Assembly: GCA_050949565.1 (NCBI GenBank)
Contig: JBMNFY010000017.1
Span: 448,001 to 512,000, forward strand
DNA from: Kiritimatiellia bacterium
GTDB taxonomy: Bacteria > Verrucomicrobiota > Kiritimatiellia > RFP12 > UBA1067
Direction of reading: 5' to 3'
Length of the DNA: 64,000 bases
A model generated the notes under the pieces. It saw nothing but the letters and a program-made list of their open reading frames with translations. It made no database searches and was not told the origin of the DNA. Position 1 is the first letter of the stretch. Every line of letters begins with the position of its first letter. The position numbers and the translations under genes are program-made. Below, piece after piece: positions 56,945 through 64,000 of this stretch.

Positions 56945-57457
56945 ATGAACTGTTCAACAGGCTCAAACCTCGGCGCGAACAGTGGTTGCCGCTACGGGCG
57001 TTCCCGTAGCTCGGGGTTTTCGCTGGTGGAGCTGGTTTTCACCTCCTCCATCGGTTTGATGTTGATTCTCGTTCTGTTCGAGTCCCTGCTCTTCTGTCGC
57101 CGCACCGCCGCCGACATGCGTTGCCGACTGGCGGCGGACACCCTTGCGTTCGATGTCGCATGGGATGTTTTCAACCGCCAGACCCAGTGGTTTGACACCA
57201 ATGCCAGCGATCCCGCCGACTTCCCGATCAGGTGGGGCTGGGTTCCGGCGACGCGAGCAACGGCGTTCGCAGGGGTGTCGACCAATGACATCCAATGCTT
57301 CCTCTCCGTCCGTCCGAACGGCACCCCCATCACCAGTTGGGAGATCATGACCGATGTGAGGTGGCGTCAGCCGAACGGTGGCTGGGTCCAGCTGCCGCAA
57401 CCGTATAGGCTTGAACGGCACCGCGTCAACAGGAACTACTTCCGTAACGCCCCTTGA
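56945..57457 (+). CDS. Prepilin-type minor pilin/pseudopilin
   Basis: G/FSLVEL class III cleavage motif followed by a hydrophobic helix. Confidence 0.8.
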   Translation: MNCSTGSNLGANSGCRYGRSRSSGFSLVELVFTSSIGLMLILVLFESLLFCRRTAADMRCRLAADTLAFDVAWDVFNRQTQWFDTNASDPADFPIRWGWVPATRATAFAGVSTNDIQCFLSVRPNGTPITSWEIMTDVRWRQPNGGWVQLPQPYRLERHRVNRNYFRNAP

Positions 57458-57475
57458 TTCTCAGGAAGGATTACC

Positions 57476-58027
57476 ATGACTGCCACCCATGCCACACCGA
57501 CATCTTCCAGACGGGGATTCACCTTGACGGAAGTGCTGTTTGTGACCGCGTTGACCAGCCTGATCATCGCCATGGGCATACCCACACTCGTGGCATCGAT
57601 CCGGTTGTTCGAAGCCACTGCAGCCGACATAGAACTCTCGCTACGGTCGCGCTCGCTGCGCGAAAAGTTACTCTATCAGGTCGACGACACCGCAACCGGT
57701 GAGCGGGGTCTGATGGGCTCTGAGTTCTCCCAACTCCAACTCCCGAATCCGAATGCGCAAGGCAAGGGCCGGGGTCTGCGATTCAAACCCAGGCGCGGCC
57801 CGCCCAACCGGTTGGCCGTGAACAACCGGAGAATCAGGGCGGACCGTGGCAACGAAAGCTGGCTGTCGATTGGAAGGCTTGAGTTCCGATCCGAGGAGAT
57901 CTTTTCGCTCGATTCAGACCCCGGCATCGTGATGGTGAATCTGGATCTCTCCCTCCAGATCGGCTCCCGCAATCCGCGTGTGTACACGCATCGAGACGAG
58001 ATGGTCGTGCAGATCATGAACCCCTGA
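57476..58027 (+). CDS. Prepilin-type minor pilin/pseudopilin
   Basis: RRG/FTLTEV motif followed by a hydrophobic helix. Confidence 0.82.
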   Translation: MTATHATPTSSRRGFTLTEVLFVTALTSLIIAMGIPTLVASIRLFEATAADIELSLRSRSLREKLLYQVDDTATGERGLMGSEFSQLQLPNPNAQGKGRGLRFKPRRGPPNRLAVNNRRIRADRGNESWLSIGRLEFRSEEIFSLDSDPGIVMVNLDLSLQIGSRNPRVYTHRDEMVVQIMNP

Positions 58028-58094
58028 CCGGCCGCCTCGAACAAGCAACCAACCCTGAAACAACCCAACCACCCTCAACACGACAAGGCCAGTT

Positions 58095-59854
58095 ATGAAC
58101 GCTCCGTCCACCCACGGTTTCGTCCTGCCGATCGTGCTCTGCGCCATGTTGGCCGCAGGCATCCTTGTCGGCGGCGCATTGAATCTCACCCTCAACGCGA
58201 CCCGCACTGCCGGTGTCCACACCACCGCCACCCGCTGCCGGCTCAGTGCCCAGACAGCACTCGACCGGGAAAAGTTGGAGACGCAAACCGCCTTCGTCAA
58301 TTACTTCAACAGTTCGCCCTCCACATTGAACATCCTCGTCTGGTTTGACACCTTCAGCGAACAATCCATCGGCATCGGCGGCTTTGACAATCCGATGATA
58401 CAGAATACCGCAATCAACGGCTGCCAGGTTTCTGTTTCCGTCGTCAGCGTCGACCGTTCCCCGATCATCGCCATCAACCAGACCGCCGATGTGACCCTGC
58501 GCGCCACCGCCTCTGCGAGATCTCCAGCGAACGTGCCCGTCACCCGCGTGATCGAAGAGACCGTCCGGTATGCCATGGACCGCTCCAGAGTGTTCGATTA
58601 CGTTTACTTCATCAACAACCACGGGTGGTTCATGGGCGGCGGCGTCACGGCAAACGGCGACATCCGCGCCAACGGGGACTTGGATCTGGACGGGCAATCC
58701 TGGATCAACGGCTACGCCTACGCAGCCGCAAACGACGATTTGGGATGGGATGGATCGATCAACGGCATCGCCAGATACCTCTCGCTGAACGACTATTGGA
58801 ACCGCAAAGACACTCGTTGGCGTCCGACATCGCCCACTCACCAAGGCGGCGACGCCTGGGCAATGGGTTACGACGACAAGCCGCAAGACATACGCAAGCG
58901 CTTGCACGGTCAGCAGGAGCCACTGTCCATGCCGTTTTTGGGCGACCTACAGTTTTACCAGCAAATTGCGGCGCATGAAGGCGGCACTATCAGGCAACAA
59001 GGCCGAACGCTCGTCGACGCCTATTTCGACGGCCCCGGCCCCTCTGGACTGACCAACGGGGCTGACAGGGGGTGCCTCGTCTTGGACGGCACCGACAAGC
59101 CGATCCGCATCAACGGCCCCGTCGTTGTCGCGGGCGATGTCATCATCAAAGGCAAGGTCACCGGCCAAGGCACCATCTACTCCGGCCGCAACATCCATAT
59201 CATCGGCAACCTCACCTACGTCGATCCGCCGAGCTGGCCCAAGCCTGACCCTCATCCGGAGCAAACCGCACAAAAGAACGCAGGGAAAGACATGCTGGGG
59301 TTGGCCGCCAAAGGCAATATCGTGATCGGTAATTATACGGATTCCAGTTGGATGGAACGCGTTGAAAAGTACATCACCCCGCCTTGGGTGAGAGAGTATG
59401 CCTGTGATCCGTCCGACGCCTCAATCGGTTACCCCAGTGTCTTTGGTGGGGATTACGCAGCCAACGATGGCGGCAGGCAGATCCATTATGTGCGCAACCC
59501 TCGAACGGGCATGTATGAACCAACAGCAACGTCAGCACGAACATACACTATCAAAGCTCTGTGGGCGACCGAATCATTCAACAAAACGCCCAAAGCGCCA
59601 ACATCACGCAGATTGATGCGGTACTGTACAACAATCACGCTACGATGGGCAGAATCGGGGAATGCAAGTTTAACGGCGCCATGGTCTGCCGCGACGAGGC
59701 CCTCATTTACATTCGCTCTGTGCAGTTCAACTGGGATATCCGGCTGGGCTCTTACAGCCGTGACGCTGTGAACATCCCCCTCTATCTGCCCGTGTCGCCC
59801 GCGATGCCGCGTGTGATCGCTTGGCAGGAAGTGCTACCGGGGGGGCAACCATGA
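58095..59854 (+). pseudogene. PilX/GspK-like minor pilin with long beta-solenoid domain; frameshift near 59545
   Basis: HG/FVLPIVL N-terminus without E5. The family-like C-terminus (YQSSVGDRII...QIDAVLYNNH...FNWDIRL...LPVSPAMPRVIAWQE) continues in another frame to 59854. Confidence 0.75.
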
Positions 59855-60306
59855 CCATGTACCGGACACTGCTGACCCTGTTGTTGCTCCTCACCGCCAC
59901 CGCCGCGCAGGCTTTGGTCGAATCCTCCGAGAACGGTGACATACGCGCCTATGAGATGCTCGACTCCCGAGAAAAGGCAGAAGCCAACTTCCCGGCCCGT
60001 CTTGAGGCGCGCGCACGGACACAAGCGGCCGCCGTCGAGCGTGTCGAGCGCCTCCGCACCCTGCCGCCCGAGCAGATCCAGGAATTGATCGCAGGGCGCG
60101 TGACCGAGGCCGAACTGTTGGCGCGGCCCCGCGAGGCTACCGCAAGCCTTGGCTCTGCGAGCCCTGCGGCAGACACGCCGTTGTCCGTCGCGCCCCTATC
60201 CGCTCCCTCGCGCCTGTTTCGACTGCTGGCCGTCGGTGCACTCTGCGTGATCTCGGCCATCATGATGATACGGCAAAAAAGGGGTAAGGACAGAGGGAAG
60301 AGCTAG
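59851..60306 (+). CDS. Hypothetical protein with signal peptide and C-terminal TM anchor
   Basis: ATGA overlap with the upstream stop; hydrophobic N- and C-termini; basic tail. Confidence 0.7.
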   Translation: MTMYRTLLTLLLLLTATAAQALVESSENGDIRAYEMLDSREKAEANFPARLEARARTQAAAVERVERLRTLPPEQIQELIAGRVTEAELLARPREATASLGSASPAADTPLSVAPLSAPSRLFRLLAVGALCVISAIMMIRQKRGKDRGKS

Positions 60307-60363
60307 CGTCGCCGGCCAGTATCTCCGCTTGATTCAGGAGCGTCTCTGTGCCATCATTCCCGC

Positions 60364-62451
60364 ATGCAACACTATCGTTTGTCCTGTGCTTTTATCGTCG
60401 TCGTGCTGTCATGGGTTACCGCTACCGCGCGGGGAGGATCGCTGACGCTTTGGCCGTCTGATCTATGTGACGTGCGGCAGCATTCCGACAGCAGCATCAG
60501 TGTTGACGCAGGCCGGACTGTGCATGTCACCGCCGGTACACGTTACGCCTGGCCGGGTGCCACGGTGTTCTTCAAGGCAGGCGAGATGGACCTTGCCGAT
60601 TACGGTCCGCTGCGCGTCACGGTCAGCAACGCCGCAGAACGCGCGCTGACCATCAATCTGAGCGTCAAAAACCGCCACCAGAAAGACCGTTCGCCGGGCG
60701 GCAGCGTGTTGCTGGCACCGGGAGCGGTCGGCGTGATCAAGACCAATCTGCGCCTGAGCCCTTGGATGCTCGACCAGCCGCTTGAACTGGTCGGCATGCG
60801 GGGTTATCCCGTCGCGATTGAGGGCGGCTCCTTCAATGTGCGCAAGACCGCCGAGTTGCATGTCTTCCTCAACTCGCCCGACAAGCCAGCACGCTTCGCA
60901 ATCCTCAAGATCGAAACGGACAAGGCTCCGCTCACGTTGCTCAAGACCGACACCTTCCTGCCCTTCGTCGACCGCTTCGGTCAGTTCCGCCATGACGATT
61001 GGCCGGGTAAAATACATGATGAGGCCGAACTCCAGCAGGCCAAGGCACAGGAAGCGGCATGGCTTGCAGCCAATGCCGCAGGACCTGCCACAGACCGCAA
61101 CGCCTGGGGCGGATGGACCGGCGGACCGCAGCTCAAGGCGACCGGCCACTTCCGCACCGAGAAAGTCGACGGTACATGGTGGCTGGTAGACCCCGACGGG
61201 CGGCTCTTCTTCTCGCATGGTGTCGATTGCGTACGGCACGGTGCCGAGACCGGCATCCCGCATCGCGAAAACTACTTCATGTGGCTACCGGAGAAGGGAT
61301 CGCCGTTTGAAGAGTTCTACGGCACGGCCTACTGGGCGCCGCACGGTTTCTACAAGGACAAAGGGCACTTCCGAACCTTTAATTTCGTCGGGGCGAATCT
61401 GCTGCGCAAATATGGCGAATCCTGGTTCGACCAGCATGTCGATCTGGCGCACCGCCGTATCCGCGCCTGGGGGCTGAACACCGTGGCCAACTGGTCCGAC
61501 TCTAGAGTCTATCTCCAGCGCCGTACGCCCTACACCGTATGTCTGAACACCAGCGGCCCGCGCATCGAGGGGTCCGAAGGCTGGTGGGGAAAGTTCCCCG
61601 ATCCATTCGCACGCGAATTTATTGATGGCATCCAGCAGCGCGCGCGTGACCAGCAGAAGCCCGGCACAGTCAGCGATCCGTGGTGCATCGGGTATTTTGT
61701 GGACAACGAATTGTCTTGGGGCGGGGATGACCGCGCCCTGGCGCTGAGTGCTCTGCGCTCGCCTGCCACGCAACCGGCCAAGATCGCCTTCCGCGACTGG
61801 CTGGTCGGCCGGTACCCGACTGTTGCCGCACTGAACGCCGCATGGGGCACCGGTTTCGACACATGGGACGCCTTCCTTGCCAGCACCAACAAACCTTCTG
61901 AAAAACGCTGCGACGCGGACTTGGAGGCATTTCACACCCAGATCGCCGAGCAATATTTCCGCGTCATCCGCGACGCGGTCAAAGCGGTCGCGCCGGACAA
62001 GCTCTACCTCGGCTGCCGCATTGCTTGGGGTGCGCCGAGCGTCTACCGCGCCTCCGCAAAGTATTGCGATGTCGTGAGCGTGAACATCTATCGTCGACAG
62101 GCGGACAAAGACCTGCCGGAAGGCTGCGAAGACAAGCCGATGATCAACGGCGAATTCCACTTCGGCGCGCTCGACCGCGGCCTCTTCCACACTGGTCTGG
62201 TCTCCACCCGGGACCAAGCGGAACGCGCCGCGTGCTATGTTGCTTTTGTCGAGTCGTGCCTGCGTCATCCGCGGTATGTCGGCACCCACTGGTTCCAATG
62301 GCGCGATCAGGCATTGACCGGACGTTTCGACGGCGAAAACTATCAGATCGGTTTCTTGACGGTCACCGACCAGCCTTACCCCGAGTTGGTTGAAGCCGCG
62401 CGCAAGATCGGTGCGTCCATGTATGCGACGCGCTTCAGCGCAAACCATTAG
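60364..62451 (+). CDS. GH50-like glycoside hydrolase (beta-agarase/beta-galactosidase-like)
   Basis: FVDRFGQ...DWPGK, ATGHFRTEKVDGTWWLVDPDG, GYFVDNELSWG, GEFHFGALDRG, VGTHWFQWRDQALTGRFDGENY. Confidence 0.88.
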   Translation: MQHYRLSCAFIVVVLSWVTATARGGSLTLWPSDLCDVRQHSDSSISVDAGRTVHVTAGTRYAWPGATVFFKAGEMDLADYGPLRVTVSNAAERALTINLSVKNRHQKDRSPGGSVLLAPGAVGVIKTNLRLSPWMLDQPLELVGMRGYPVAIEGGSFNVRKTAELHVFLNSPDKPARFAILKIETDKAPLTLLKTDTFLPFVDRFGQFRHDDWPGKIHDEAELQQAKAQEAAWLAANAAGPATDRNAWGGWTGGPQLKATGHFRTEKVDGTWWLVDPDGRLFFSHGVDCVRHGAETGIPHRENYFMWLPEKGSPFEEFYGTAYWAPHGFYKDKGHFRTFNFVGANLLRKYGESWFDQHVDLAHRRIRAWGLNTVANWSDSRVYLQRRTPYTVCLNTSGPRIEGSEGWWGKFPDPFAREFIDGIQQRARDQQKPGTVSDPWCIGYFVDNELSWGGDDRALALSALRSPATQPAKIAFRDWLVGRYPTVAALNAAWGTGFDTWDAFLASTNKPSEKRCDADLEAFHTQIAEQYFRVIRDAVKAVAPDKLYLGCRIAWGAPSVYRASAKYCDVVSVNIYRRQADKDLPEGCEDKPMINGEFHFGALDRGLFHTGLVSTRDQAERAACYVAFVESCLRHPRYVGTHWFQWRDQALTGRFDGENYQIGFLTVTDQPYPELVEAARKIGASMYATRFSANH

Positions 62452-62667
62452 ACGGCATTTACGCTGCGTGCCCCTGGCCCGTCCGCACGGTCCGTCAAAC
62501 AGAAAAAATACCGTAGGTTTTTTGAGGTGGCGCGCGGTCCGCCGGAAACTAGCGGTTGAACCCTGTTTCTAGATTTCCTATAATGAACAACGTTTTCTGT
62601 TTTTTTAACACGCATTTTCCGGCTGTGAAGACGGGCAACCGGGGAACCATCAAAGAGGAAAAGAATC

Positions 62668-64000
62668 ATGATGCAGTTAAATCGTCGAGATTTCGTCAAA
62701 GGCGGCGCTAGCGCAGCCGGAATTCTGGCAGCGGGAGGGTGCGTCTCGTCGCGGCCCGCGCGCGTATTCAACAAAAAGCCGGGTGAGAAACTGAACATCG
62801 GCGTGATCGGCGTCGGCGGCAAAGGTTGGAGCGACTGGATGCCGATGTTCGAGCACGGCGAAAACATCGTGGCCCTGTGCGACGTGGACCGCGGCCCGAT
62901 CGACAGGGCGCTCGCCGAGATCGAGAAGAAGGGCAAGAATCCGTCGCAGGTGAAATGTTACAGCGATTTCCGCAAGATGCTGGATGAGTGCAAGAACCTC
63001 GATGCGGTGACGGTCTCGACGCCGGACCACATGCACGCGCCCGCCGCAGTCCGCGCAATGAAACAGGGGTGCCATGTCTTTGTCCAGAAGCCGCTGGTGC
63101 GCACGATTTGGGAGGCGCGTTATTTTGAGAAGGTGGCCAACGAGAACCGCGTGGTCACGCAGATGGGCAATCAGGGCAGCGCCAACAACGGCCTGCGCCG
63201 TAACGCTGAGTTGCTGCAAAACGGTATTCTCGGCGATGTGACCGAGGTGCACGTGTGGACCAACCGCCCGATCTGGCCGCAGGGCCTCAACCGCCCCGAA
63301 GGTTCCGATCCAGTGCCGGCCTCGTTGGACTGGGAGAGTTGGCTGGGCACCGCGCCGTTCCGCCCCTACAAGAAAGACACCTATCACACCTTCAAGTGGC
63401 GTGGTTTCTTCGATTTCGGCACCGGTGCCTTTGGCGATATGGCCTGCCACACCATGAACCTGCCCTTCCGCGGCCTGAACTTGGGCAGGGTGCTCTCCGC
63501 TGAGTGCATCCGGATTGAAGGCAAGGCCAACGACACGTATCCCAGCAAGAGCATCGTCAAGCTGATCTATGCCGCCCGCGGCTCCAAGCCCGCAGTGACG
63601 CTCTACTGGTATGATGGCGAGCTCAAGCCTTCGGCGGAGATCATGCCCAAAGTCGTTACGACGCTGGGACAGGTGCCGAAAACCGGCTGCTTGATCATGG
63701 GCAGCAAAGGCATGGTCTGCAGCACCAACGACTACGGCGCGGACGGCTACATCGCCTTCAACGACGAGGAGAAGATGAAGTCGATGTCCAAGCACGAGGC
63801 GCTGACCGAAGAGGCCATCCCGGCCAAGTTCCGCCGCAACACCAATGGTCAGTACATCGAGTTCGTCGAGGCCTGCAAGGGCAACGATGTCTGCTTCTCG
63901 GATGTGGACCACTCGGTGCCGATGCTGGAAAGCATGCTGGTCGGCTGCATCGCGCAGCAGGTCCCCGGCAAGCTGGAGTGGAGTAGTCGCAAGCAGCAGT
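62668..64000 (+). CDS. Gfo/Idh/MocA oxidoreductase with Tat signal; truncated by window end
   Basis: Manual reading: MMQLNRRDFVK, IGVIGVGGKG, STPDHMHA, VQKPL, QMGNQG, GDMACH. The 62677-63912 minus ORF is its shadow. Confidence 0.92.
   Translation, partial: MMQLNRRDFVKGGASAAGILAAGGCVSSRPARVFNKKPGEKLNIGVIGVGGKGWSDWMPMFEHGENIVALCDVDRGPIDRALAEIEKKGKNPSQVKCYSDFRKMLDECKNLDAVTVSTPDHMHAPAAVRAMKQGCHVFVQKPLVRTIWEARYFEKVANENRVVTQMGNQGSANNGLRRNAELLQNGILGDVTEVHVWTNRPIWPQGLNRPEGSDPVPASLDWESWLGTAPFRPYKKDTYHTFKWRGFFDFGTGAFGDMACHTMNLPFRGLNLGRVLSAECIRIEGKANDTYPSKSIVKLIYAARGSKPAVTLYWYDGELKPSAEIMPKVVTTLGQVPKTGCLIMGSKGMVCSTNDYGADGYIAFNDEEKMKSMSKHEALTEEAIPAKFRRNTNGQYIEFVEACKGNDVCFSDVDHSVPMLESMLVGCIAQQVPGKLEWSSRKQQ

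Noticed and set aside
56945-60306. Complete type IV pilus/T2SS locus
   Set aside because: Only minor-pilin-like genes are present; no ATPase, secretin or platform protein is in the window.

Overview
GC-rich bacterial chromosome segment. Gene content and style suggest the PVC superphylum, most likely Kiritimatiellae/Lentisphaerae (inference). No rRNA, tRNA, CRISPR-Cas, integrase or intact transposase is visible. Coding content: (1) 1-24.8 kb, an all-minus-strand carbohydrate/ribose-catabolic region with a beta-helix protein, a large secreted lectin/LamG protein, four tandem ceramidase-like paralogs, two Tat Gfo/Idh/MocA oxidoreductases, ThuA, two TIM-barrel isomerases, a XylR-like regulator, a GRP-type permease, ribokinase and an ADP-ribosylglycohydrolase-like protein; (2) trpS-scpA-scpB plus a Hedgehog-N-like zinc peptidase; (3) an AT-rich orphan PD-(D/E)xK nuclease; (4) large LamG/glycoside-hydrolase-like proteins; (5) a small integron-type cassette array with three attC-like sites and no integrase; (6) rnhC, pyrF, a PAS protein, an HU-zinc-ribbon fusion, a minor-pilin cluster, a GH50-like enzyme and a third Gfo/Idh/MocA gene. 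The most unusual signal is non-coding. About ten intergenic regions are built from one modular grammar in which a conserved linker (AACCGAGCCATGCCCC..CAAAAA) alternates with variable 8-9-nt-period triplicated motifs, mixed with REP-like hairpins. One such module is amplified into a 17 x 120 bp array with two alternating variants. Also notable: a conserved operator/promoter motif upstream of three distant genes (candidate XylR-like regulon) and a collapsed primase-helicase-DUF559 pseudogene. All product calls come from motif recognition by eye, not database searches.
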